A stretch of 64,000 nt of DNA from an uncultured Dehalococcoidia bacterium (lineage in GTDB: Bacteria; Chloroflexota; Dehalococcoidia; Lucifugimonadales; UBA2962): contig CAYZES010000008.1 of the NCBI GenBank assembly GCA_964477845.1, forward strand, positions 3,749 to 67,748, read 5' to 3'. Each line of letters starts with the position of its first letter. Positions within the stretch are counted from its first letter, which is position 1. Position numbers and translations under genes: made by a program. Below the pieces are notes generated by a model. The model was given only the letters and a program-made list of their open reading frames with translations, ran no database searches and was not told the DNA's origin. Shown here in pieces: positions 36,946 through 45,050 of the stretch.

Positions 36946-36957
36946 CCGTGTCGGGCC

Positions 36958-38445
36958 TCAGCCGACGGCGCCTTCCAGGCTGACCTTCAGGAGTTGGGAG
37001 GCCTCCATTGCGAATTCGAAGGGCAACTCCTTGAAGATGCCACGGCAAAAGCCGTTGATGATCATGTAGTGAGCCTCCTCTTCGGTGAGGCCGCGCTGCA
37101 TCGCGTAAAAGAGCTTGTCGTCGCTCACCTTTGACGTGGAGGCTTCGTGCTCCATCCTTGCGGTCGGGTTCCTAACCTCGATGTACGGCACCGTGTGAGC
37201 GCCGCACCTGTCGCCCACCAAGAGCGAATCGCACTGGGTGAAGTTGGTGGCGTTGTCAGCCGTCGGCAGTATCTGAACCATGCCGCGGTAGGTGTTCTGG
37301 CCCTGGCCGGCCGAGATGCCCTTTGCCACTATCGTGCTCTTGGTGTTCTTGCCGGCGTGGATCATCTTCGTCCCGGTGTCGGCCTGTTGGTGGTTGGCCA
37401 CCAGCGCCACCGAGTAGAACTCGCCGGTCGACTCGTCGCCCTGCAGGATCACCGAGGGGTACTTCCAGGTGATGGCGGAGCCGGTCTCGACCTGGGTCCA
37501 GGAGATCTTCGAGCGAGCGCCTAGGGCCTTGCCGCGCTTTGTCACAAAGTTATAGACGCCGCCATTGCCGTCCTTATCGCCCGGGTACCAGTTCTGCAGG
37601 GTGGAGTACTTGATCTCCGCATCGTCGAGGGCTACCAGTTCGACCACCGCGGCGTGGAGCTGGTGGGTTTTTCTGATCGGCGCAGTGCAGCCCTCCAGAT
37701 AGCTCACGTAGCTTTCCGGCTCGGCGATTATCAGGGTGCGCTCGAACTGGCCCGTCTCCTCGGTGTTTATGCGGAAATAGGTCATCAGCTCAATTGGGCA
37801 TCGAACCCCCCTGGGCACGTAGACGAATGAGCCGTCGCTGAACACGGCGGAGTTGAGCGCGGCGTAGAAGTTGTCGGTGTAGGGGACGACTGAGCCCAGG
37901 TACTTCTCGACCAGCTCGGGGTGCTCCTGCACCGCCTCGCTGACCGAACAGAAGATGACTCCGGCCTCCTGAAGCCGGTCCTTGTAGGTTGTGGCAACGG
38001 ACACCGAGTCAAACACCGCGTCCACCGCGACGTCCGATCCCGTCTCCTCTACTACGCCGGCCAGCTTCTTGCGCTCGTTCAGCGGGATTCCCAGCTTGTC
38101 GAATGCCTCCAGCAGCTCGGGGTCGACCTCTTCGAGGCTTCTGGGCCGATCCTGTGACCCCGGCGCCGAGTAGTAATGGATGTCCTGAAAGTCGATTCTC
38201 GGATAGTCGATCATGGCCCAGGTGGGCTCACGGTCTTCTTCAAGGAGCTTGATGAAGTGGCGATAGGCCTTGAGCCGCCACTCGAGCATAAACTCGGGCT
38301 CTTGTTTCTTGGCTGAGATGAAGCGGACCGTTTCCTCCGAAAGGCCCTTGGGCAGTGTCTCGGACTGGATGTCGGTGACGAAGCCCCAGCGGTAGTCGGA
38401 TTCGATCTCTGAAGTGCGCGATATCACGCGCGGCTCGCCTGTCAT
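36958..38445 (-). CDS. sufB: Fe-S cluster assembly scaffold SufB
   Basis: 495 aa with the typical SufB N-terminus ([10 protein letters not shown] ... LPKGLSEE) and conserved C-terminal core. Confidence 0.95.
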   Translation of the reverse strand: MTGEPRVISRTSEIESDYRWGFVTDIQSETLPKGLSEETVRFISAKKQEPEFMLEWRLKAYRHFIKLLEEDREPTWAMIDYPRIDFQDIHYYSAPGSQDRPRSLEEVDPELLEAFDKLGIPLNERKKLAGVVEETGSDVAVDAVFDSVSVATTYKDRLQEAGVIFCSVSEAVQEHPELVEKYLGSVVPYTDNFYAALNSAVFSDGSFVYVPRGVRCPIELMTYFRINTEETGQFERTLIIAEPESYVSYLEGCTAPIRKTHQLHAAVVELVALDDAEIKYSTLQNWYPGDKDGNGGVYNFVTKRGKALGARSKISWTQVETGSAITWKYPSVILQGDESTGEFYSVALVANHQQADTGTKMIHAGKNTKSTIVAKGISAGQGQNTYRGMVQILPTADNATNFTQCDSLLVGDRCGAHTVPYIEVRNPTARMEHEASTSKVSDDKLFYAMQRGLTEEEAHYMIINGFCRGIFKELPFEFAMEASQLLKVSLEGAVG

Positions 38446-38529
38446 GCGGCCTCCGTTGCGTGCTCGGGCGCCCGGCGCCCCTTAACTGGTACCGGCGCCC
38501 AACCATGGGCGCCGGCAATGACGTTTTCG

Positions 38530-38557
38530 ATTATCCGTTGTTGACCAACTTGGTCAA
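38530..38557 (-). promoter_or_regulatory. Putative sigma-70-type promoter of the suf operon
   Basis: On the minus strand: TTGACC (38557-38552), 16-nt spacer, GATAAT (38535-38530). It lies about 85 nt upstream of the sufB start. Confidence 0.45.
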
Positions 38558-38561
38558 CAAC
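38537..38561. promoter_or_regulatory. Perfect 25-bp palindrome (12-bp arms, 1-nt centre); candidate operator overlapping the suf promoter
   Basis: GTTGTTGACCAA-C-TTGGTCAACAAC, read directly. It covers the -35 element and the spacer of the predicted promoter. Confidence 0.6.
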
Positions 38562-38650
38562 ATCGTGTCCATGATACAGGCGCTCAAAAACGGAGTCAAA
38601 CGTCGACGCGTGGTGGCCGGAGCCCGGATTCGTGGGAATGCAGCGCAGGG

Positions 38651-39562
38651 TCAGGGGTCCTGTGCGATGCGGAAAGCGAGTTCGCCTATCAGGGAAAGCG
38701 CCCTCTCAGCGTCGACTTCCAGGGCGACTTCCACCGCGCCGGCACCATATTGTGCAATGCTCATACCCCGCTTCCGGCCATCCGTCACGACGCTTACCTG
38801 GCCGATGCTCGTCCTCACCAGCGACGGGTCCAGGGCCACCGCGATGGCCAGCGGATCGCACATCGAGAACATCTCCCCCGGGTGCGACGTGAGCCATTCG
38901 GCCAAAAGTCTGCCCGAAAGCGAGCCTTCCACCGCACCGCCGGGCGGAGATGGCGGACCGCCAGGCCCCATCTGGACCCTGTCGCATACGTCCAGGCCCA
39001 CCACGGTCGATGCCATCTCACTGCTGAGCACGCGGCCGGCTGCATTGGGGTCGGAGTAGAAGTTGAACTCGGCGTTGCAGGTTACATTGCCGGAGCAGTG
39101 GAGTGCACCGCCCATAATCCATAGGCGGCGGACAAGCCGGGGCAGCCGGGGCTCCGCATCAAGAGCGTCGGAGATGTTGGTAAGCGGGCCGATGGCCATA
39201 AGCTCGAGCGAGCCCGGGAAAAGACGCGCCGACTCCACGATAAGGTCGACCGCCGAACCCGGACGTGGGTCCGATACCGGGCTGCCGAGGTCCACGGTCA
39301 GACCGGTATCCCCGTGGAAGTGATAGGCGTACTGCGGAACCCCCTCAGTTGGCCCCTCCGAGCCCGGCCACACACCGATATCGGATCTGCCGAGAGCCTC
39401 CAGGATCAGCAGCGCATTGCGGGTCGCGTCATCCAGCCGAACGTTGCCCGCGACGGTGGTAAGACCCAGAACCCTCAGTTCGGTCGATGCCAGGGCCATG
39501 GCGATGGCCATTGCATCGTCGGTTCCTGGGTCGGTGTCTACTATTACGGGCCGCACGCCCAC
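38651..39562 (-). CDS. Inosine-uridine-preferring (IUNH) family nucleoside hydrolase
   Basis: N-terminal Asp cluster VIVDTDPGTDDAMAIAMAL. 303 aa. Confidence 0.88.
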   Translation of the reverse strand: MGVRPVIVDTDPGTDDAMAIAMALASTELRVLGLTTVAGNVRLDDATRNALLILEALGRSDIGVWPGSEGPTEGVPQYAYHFHGDTGLTVDLGSPVSDPRPGSAVDLIVESARLFPGSLELMAIGPLTNISDALDAEPRLPRLVRRLWIMGGALHCSGNVTCNAEFNFYSDPNAAGRVLSSEMASTVVGLDVCDRVQMGPGGPPSPPGGAVEGSLSGRLLAEWLTSHPGEMFSMCDPLAIAVALDPSLVRTSIGQVSVVTDGRKRGMSIAQYGAGAVEVALEVDAERALSLIGELAFRIAQDP

Positions 39563-40524
39563 GCTCGCCAGGCGGCGCGGGCACCCCGTCTTGCCACGCG
39601 CTGGGCATATGCGGACCAGGCCTCAGAGGACGTGTGTGAGAAGCTAACACCCAGCTCTCGCTTTATCTTCTCGGTGCTCGCCGTCCACCGGTGCTGGATG
39701 AAGGCGAGGCCGGCCGCCGGGGCGTCGGATTGGAGCCTCAGGCTCCAGGTGGCGCTGGCGAGGGCGTACAGGAGGGAGGCGGGGAGGGTGACGACCGACC
39801 GGCCCAGCATCCGTGCCATTTCGCTCCAACGCACCACACCCTCTCCGGCCACGTTGTAGACTCCCGAGAGGCGATCGCGGAGGCCCCTCTCAAGAAGGTC
39901 AACCAGGTCGTCCTCGTGAAGAAACTGCATCGGGGGGTCGTAGCCACGGAGACCGATGAGCAGGGGCTTTGCGAACGCCCGCGAGATGAAGTTCCTTGCG
40001 TTCGGCCCCATTACCGGGCAGCCCCTCAGGATTCCGACCCTGATGTCGGGGTTCTCCGAGGCGAATCTTGAGATCAGTTCCTCCGATCCCAGCTTGTCCA
40101 CCGCGTACTGAAATCCGGGCAGGGGTCGCGTAGGAGAGTCTTCGGTCAGCCACCTGGGATTGTCGGGGTGGGGGCCGTATATGGTCGTGCTGCCAAAGTA
40201 CAGAAAGTGCTTTGCCCCCGCGGCCGCCGTCGCCGCCAGGGCATTGGTCGTACCACCCAGATTGACATCGCGTATGGACTTTTCGTCCCTGCCAGGCTCG
40301 AGGACGAATGCCAGATGAACCACCGCGTCCGGCTCGAACTCACGGAAAAGATCGTCGAGACCGTCGCGCACGTCGCGCCTGGCAAAGGTGACCGTGTCAG
40401 GGTAGTCGCTGTGCGGGAGCCGAAGGTCGACGGCCAATACAGCCTCGACCCAGTCTGCCCAGGCCAGCCGTCGGAGCAGGCTTGTGCCAACGTATCCGGA
40501 CGATCCGGTCACGGCGATTCTCAT
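39544..40524 (-). CDS. NAD-dependent epimerase/dehydratase family SDR (HpnA-like context)
   Basis: MRIAVTGSSGYVGTSLLRRL Rossmann motif. 326 aa. Overlaps the downstream gene start by 19 nt. Confidence 0.85.
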   Translation of the reverse strand: MRIAVTGSSGYVGTSLLRRLAWADWVEAVLAVDLRLPHSDYPDTVTFARRDVRDGLDDLFREFEPDAVVHLAFVLEPGRDEKSIRDVNLGGTTNALAATAAAGAKHFLYFGSTTIYGPHPDNPRWLTEDSPTRPLPGFQYAVDKLGSEELISRFASENPDIRVGILRGCPVMGPNARNFISRAFAKPLLIGLRGYDPPMQFLHEDDLVDLLERGLRDRLSGVYNVAGEGVVRWSEMARMLGRSVVTLPASLLYALASATWSLRLQSDAPAAGLAFIQHRWTASTEKIKRELGVSFSHTSSEAWSAYAQRVARRGARAAWRAWACGP

Positions 40525-40907
40525 TTGATCTCGTCAGTGAAATCGAAGCGCAGGGTACCCATCCCCGGCACATCGAATCCCATCCCTATCTTGTGCGGAC
40601 CATCATCCAGTGCGACGCCGTCCACGCTTATCTCGATGTCGGTGTTCATGGCCAGAGCAAAGGTCCTGTCCTTGGAAACCTCGGTAAACCCTATGCGCTC
40701 ACCCTGCTGGACGAAGAAGCTTGATTCAAGCGGTATCTCACCGCCATCCACCGTCAGGGGCTGGAGCTTGTGCGCGTATCCGGACCCCAGGCTGTTCCTT
40801 AGCCGGAACGAGAAGCCGTCTTCCCCGCCGGACAGGCTGCCCTTGACGTATAGTCTCCTGAGCAAGAAAGCTGGCACGCTCACCATGTTTCCGTCATCCT
40901 CCGTCAA
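40521..40907 (-). CDS. Hypothetical 128-aa protein, beta-rich, no family recognised
   Basis: ATGA overlap with the downstream SDR gene, and starts 18 nt after the aldolase stop, so it is translationally embedded in the operon. No motif recognised. Confidence 0.6.
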   Translation of the reverse strand: MTEDDGNMVSVPAFLLRRLYVKGSLSGGEDGFSFRLRNSLGSGYAHKLQPLTVDGGEIPLESSFFVQQGERIGFTEVSKDRTFALAMNTDIEISVDGVALDDGPHKIGMGFDVPGMGTLRFDFTDEIK

Positions 40908-40925
40908 ATCCCTCGCCAGATGCGT

Positions 40926-41612
40926 TCACGGCCCCGCCGGTCCCCGGCTTATGTCTGCCCTGGCCGCCTCTCTTCTCATCCTGTAGACGGCCTGCTCGCG
41001 CTCGATAACCGCAGACGGAAGTGTGCCGACGCGTCCGGACATCGCGGCGTAAGTGTGGATCTTGGCCACCCTTTCCACCAGTACGCACACCCTCAGAGCC
41101 TCTTCTACGGTGCTTCCCACGCCGACCGCGCCATGGTTTCGTATGAGGGCTGCGCTCCTTTCCTCCAGCGCTCCGCAGACGCTCTCGGCGAGTTCCTGGG
41201 TGCCGGGGAAAGCGTACTCGGATACCCTGATGCCTCCCCCGATGTACACAACCATTTCGTCCACAATGGGTGGAATCTCTCGTCCAATGACCGCCGCCAC
41301 GGAGGAGAAGATCGAATGCGTATGAACCACCGCCGCGACATCCTCCCTGACCGCGTAGATGTCCAGGTGCAGGAGGGATTCGGACGAAGGCGGCAGGTCG
41401 CCCTCCACGGGCTCAAGATCGGAATCGACGACGACTATGTCCGACTCTTCCATATTCGCATAGGGGACGCCCATGGGGGTGATTGCCATGAGGCCCTCGC
41501 CGCCGATCCTCAAGCTCACGTTCCCGCTGGAGCCTGAAGCCAGGTCCAGCCGTTCCATCTCACGTGCCGCCTGTGCGACCGCGGCCCTCTCTGTGACGAA
41601 CTTCCCGTCCAT
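40926..41612 (-). CDS. Class II aldolase/adducin-family protein (FucA / AraD / Ald2-like)
   Basis: SGSSGNVSLR, the His-containing metal site AAVVHTHSIFSS, and LIRNHGAVGVG. Start set to ATG 41612; the ORF-track 5' extension was trimmed. Confidence 0.88.
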   Translation of the reverse strand: MDGKFVTERAAVAQAAREMERLDLASGSSGNVSLRIGGEGLMAITPMGVPYANMEESDIVVVDSDLEPVEGDLPPSSESLLHLDIYAVREDVAAVVHTHSIFSSVAAVIGREIPPIVDEMVVYIGGGIRVSEYAFPGTQELAESVCGALEERSAALIRNHGAVGVGSTVEEALRVCVLVERVAKIHTYAAMSGRVGTLPSAVIEREQAVYRMRREAARADISRGPAGP

Positions 41613-41643
41613 TTCAGATCGCCCTTGCCGTGCCCATTCGATG

Positions 41644-43128
41644 TTAGGCCTGAACGCTGGCCAGTGCAGAAGAGACCTGCAGCCAATGGGAGTAGTTGTC
41701 CTGGTATTCGGATGCCAACAGCGCTTCGGGCGAGATCCTAACCATGTCCGCTGCCGAGCGATTGGAAACCTGCGACAGTGAATCACTTCCGGTCAGGGCC
41801 AACTTGGCACACAGGAAGGCGCCCGCTGCGCTGGCGCTCTTGTGGCTGAGTACCAGTATATCGGCGTCGAGAACGTTTGCAAGGATGCGGCCAAACAGGT
41901 CGCTCCGGGCCAGCCCGCCGCCCAGGGCGATCGACTCGGCGGGCCTACCGGTGACATCTCCGAGCTGCTCCATGTTGGCCTTTATCGAGTAGCAGATGGA
42001 CTCGAGCGCGGCCCGGGCAAGATGGCCGGGCCCGCGCTCGTTCATCGTTACCGGGACGGGGAACACCATGCCGCCGTAGCGTAGTCCGACCGAGGACATG
42101 TCCATACGGGGATGGCCGAGCACGGCGATCGTGCCTTCGGCACCCGGCCCGGCGGTCACGGCCGCCTCCTCCAGTTCGTCGAACGAGCGGCCGGTCGTAT
42201 CGGCGATCCAGGAATACGCCCGGCCCGCGTCCCATGCGCTGCTCTCCGCCATCCACCTGTGACCGGACAGATGGCAGCCTACCCACGTGGCGCCTCTCGC
42301 CGATGGCATCGGCAATTCCGTTACCTGCTGAACCGGCGCGCTCCACCCGGCAACCACCGCGACCTGGCCAGGTTCTGCGGCCCCTATTCCGAGGGCGGCG
42401 CACTGCGTGTCCGCGCCGGCAGAGACCACCGGCGTGCCAACCGCGATGCCCGTCTCCCGGGCGGCCCCGTGATTTATCCCGCCGACCACCTGTCCCGCCT
42501 CCACTAAAGGGACATTACCGTCGAGGGGGACCTCTAGCGTTTCTGCCAGCTTGGTGGCCCATCGCCTGCTTGTTATGTCGAGCAGGCCGGCCTCCCCGGC
42601 CAACGTGGGCTCTGAGGCCAGCAGGCCGGTCATCTGAAGGATCAGCCAGTCCGGGATAGTGACCGCGGTCCTGACCCTGTCGAACAGCCTCGGACGATTG
42701 TCCCTGAGCCAGACGAGCTTTGCCGGTGCAAAAAGGAACGATGGCAGGTGGCCGGTCGTCGCGTAGACGAGTTCGCTGTGCACCTCGTCTATCGCTGCCC
42801 CCTCGAATACGGCCCTCAGGTCTACGTTGGGGCCCAGGTAGACGGCCCGGTCATCGTGGTCAAGAAGTGCAACTCCCTGCCTCATGCTGGTCACCGCTAC
42901 CGCCCCGACCTCTACGCCGGCCCGGTCGATCGTCCGGCGGATGAGCCCGTACACATTGACCAGGACCGAGTCGGGTTGGAATTCCCGGGCCAGCGGGAGT
43001 TCTGAAGGGGCTATCGAAGGAGGCCAGCAGGTCCCCTCGGCGGCTATCTCGACGCCCCGCTCGTTGAACAGGTGGCATCGGATGGAGCTCGTACCGGCGT
43101 CTAGGGCCAGCACTGCGCGCTCAGGCAT
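41644..43128 (-). CDS. FGGY-family carbohydrate kinase
   Basis: N-terminal LALDAGTSSIRCHLF and C-terminal IALGGGLARSDLFGRILANVLD. Confidence 0.85.
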   Translation of the reverse strand: MPERAVLALDAGTSSIRCHLFNERGVEIAAEGTCWPPSIAPSELPLAREFQPDSVLVNVYGLIRRTIDRAGVEVGAVAVTSMRQGVALLDHDDRAVYLGPNVDLRAVFEGAAIDEVHSELVYATTGHLPSFLFAPAKLVWLRDNRPRLFDRVRTAVTIPDWLILQMTGLLASEPTLAGEAGLLDITSRRWATKLAETLEVPLDGNVPLVEAGQVVGGINHGAARETGIAVGTPVVSAGADTQCAALGIGAAEPGQVAVVAGWSAPVQQVTELPMPSARGATWVGCHLSGHRWMAESSAWDAGRAYSWIADTTGRSFDELEEAAVTAGPGAEGTIAVLGHPRMDMSSVGLRYGGMVFPVPVTMNERGPGHLARAALESICYSIKANMEQLGDVTGRPAESIALGGGLARSDLFGRILANVLDADILVLSHKSASAAGAFLCAKLALTGSDSLSQVSNRSAADMVRISPEALLASEYQDNYSHWLQVSSALASVQA

Positions 43129-43148
43129 TGGCGCGCTCCGGCCAGGTG

Positions 43149-44162
43149 TCAGCCAACCGGCAGGTCAATCGCCTGTGGGTTGACGGCGTTCAGAGGCATC
43201 ATGCCGTCAAGGAATCGGATCAGGTCGCCGGCTACCATATTGGAGTGGCGAAAGATCGTCTCCTCGGTGGCACCGGCGATGTGTGGAGTCAGGAGCACAT
43301 TCTCGGCGCTGAGCAGCGGACTGTCGGGAGCGACCGGATGCGTGTCGAAGACATCTATCGCAGCGCCGGCGAGAGGCCCCGTCTCAAGCGCCTCCAGCAG
43401 GGCCGTTCGGTCGGCGATGGCGAATCCGGACGCCATGATCAGGAACGCCCCTGGCCTTACCAGGGAGAAAGCCCCGGCGTCTAGCAACGCCGTCGTTTCA
43501 GAGTTTATCGGCGCCAGGGTCGCTATGAAGTCGGACCGCGCGAGCAGCGATTCGAGATCGGTCAGCTCGCCGCCGCTATATCTGGTCACGTAGGGATCGT
43601 AGGCCAGCACGTCCATACCGATGGCGCTGGCGATGGAGGCCAGTTGCCTGCCGATCGCGCCCAGACCCACTATGCCCAGGCTCCTGCCGCCCAGTTCTAT
43701 GCCGCGGAGGCAGAGGTAGGGTTCGACCGGACTCTTCCAGCTACCCTCCTTGACGTAGCGGTCCGCCTCGGGGATCCGGCGTGCCAGCGCGATCATGAGG
43801 CCGAGCACATGCTCGGCCACGGCGCGGGCATTGCGGGCGGGAGAGTTGACCACCAGCACACCATGCTCGGTTGCGGCGTCGACGTCGACGTGGTTCAGAG
43901 CCGCCCGGCAGATCCCCACGAAGCGCAGGGAGCCGACCTGCTCGAGGGTCTCGGCGAATACGAAGTCCGTCTCGACTATAAGCGCGGTGGCCCCCAGAGC
44001 GTTTATGCGATCGGCCAGCTCGTCAGGGTCGTGGATCTTGAGGGTCTTTAGCCAGCTCTCGTAAGTGACGTCCATGCGCTGTGAAAGCCGGCCAAGCGCG
44101 TCGGCCGAAAAGGGTGCCAGGATCAGGACACTCGAGGGGTCGGTTGGGGCGGTGATGGCCAT
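43149..44162 (-). CDS. D-isomer-specific 2-hydroxyacid dehydrogenase family (PGDH/GyaR-like)
   Basis: NAD motif LGIVGLGAIGRQLA and catalytic region LLTPHIAGAT. Confidence 0.88.
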   Translation of the reverse strand: MAITAPTDPSSVLILAPFSADALGRLSQRMDVTYESWLKTLKIHDPDELADRINALGATALIVETDFVFAETLEQVGSLRFVGICRAALNHVDVDAATEHGVLVVNSPARNARAVAEHVLGLMIALARRIPEADRYVKEGSWKSPVEPYLCLRGIELGGRSLGIVGLGAIGRQLASIASAIGMDVLAYDPYVTRYSGGELTDLESLLARSDFIATLAPINSETTALLDAGAFSLVRPGAFLIMASGFAIADRTALLEALETGPLAGAAIDVFDTHPVAPDSPLLSAENVLLTPHIAGATEETIFRHSNMVAGDLIRFLDGMMPLNAVNPQAIDLPVG

Positions 44163-44171
44163 TCGAGCTGG

Positions 44172-45050
44172 CTATTTTCCGTGTGGCACCAGGCTGCGGG
44201 CCAGGCTCATCGTCCAGAGGCGTCCCATCAGCAGTAGCTTTTCAGGCGTGGAAAGGCCGATTCGGCTGCTGAACACGTCGAATCCGGACCTTTCGATGCG
44301 GGTGAGTATGGCTGAGTAGAGCGCGTGGAGAACCTCGGGGCAGGCCCTGGATTCTGGGTTGAGGAGGGCGAACAGGCGTGAGCCGCTATCGAAATAGGCG
44401 CGGGCGCGCCGAGCCTGGGCACTCATGAGGCCCCGAAAGCGCTCATCGATTATTCCAGCCTTGAGATCCGCCTCGCCGTATCCGTAAGACTCCATCTCAT
44501 CCTGCGGAATGTATATGCGGTCGCGGTCCGCGTCCTCCCGGATGTCTCGCATAATGTTGGTCAGTTGCATCGCAAGGCCCAGATCCACAGCGTACACTCG
44601 CGCCGCAGGGTCCCTGTAGCCAAAAATCTCTATGCTAATGAGCCCGACCACCGAGGCGACCTTGTAGCAGTACTCGCGCAGCTCACCAAAATCCGCGAAC
44701 CTGGTCTTGACTAGGTCCATTTCCACACCCTCGATCACTTCCAACAGGTGCTCTCGGGTAAAGCCGAATCTGGCGGCCGAGTGTGCCACCGCCGCCAGTA
44801 CCAGGTCCTCGGAGCGCCCCCCGAGCGCCGAGTCCAGCTCTGCTCGAAGGGCTGCGAATCCCATGGATTTTTCGGCTGGCGACGCATCGCCGTCGGCGAT
44901 ATCGTCGCATACACGGCAGTAGGCGTAGGCGGCGTATATCGCCCGCCGCCTCTCGGCGGGAAGAGTGCGAAATGCGTAGTAGAAGTTCTTAGCCTCGGCC
45001 CTTGTCAACCTCTCGCAGTGGTCGTAGGCGTCGACTATGTCTGGATGCAT
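44172..45050 (-). CDS. Squalene/phytoene synthase family enzyme (Sqs/HpnD/HpnC-like; subtype not resolvable by eye)
   Basis: Asp-rich motifs YCRVCDDIADG and MRDIREDADRDRIYIP. 292 aa. Hopanoid gene context. Confidence 0.88.
   Translation of the reverse strand: MHPDIVDAYDHCERLTRAEAKNFYYAFRTLPAERRRAIYAAYAYCRVCDDIADGDASPAEKSMGFAALRAELDSALGGRSEDLVLAAVAHSAARFGFTREHLLEVIEGVEMDLVKTRFADFGELREYCYKVASVVGLISIEIFGYRDPAARVYAVDLGLAMQLTNIMRDIREDADRDRIYIPQDEMESYGYGEADLKAGIIDERFRGLMSAQARRARAYFDSGSRLFALLNPESRACPEVLHALYSAILTRIERSGFDVFSSRIGLSTPEKLLLMGRLWTMSLARSLVPHGK

Noticed and set aside
38537-38561. The 25-bp palindrome read as the intrinsic terminator of the nucleoside hydrolase gene
   Set aside because: No U-run follows on the transcribed (minus) strand, the loop would be only 1 nt, and the palindrome coincides with -35 and -10 hexamers. 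An operator is the better reading.
43149-44162. Calling the 2-hydroxyacid dehydrogenase serA (3-phosphoglycerate dehydrogenase)
   Set aside because: Only the generic family motifs are visible, there is no ACT domain, and the operon context is not serine biosynthesis. It was kept at family level.
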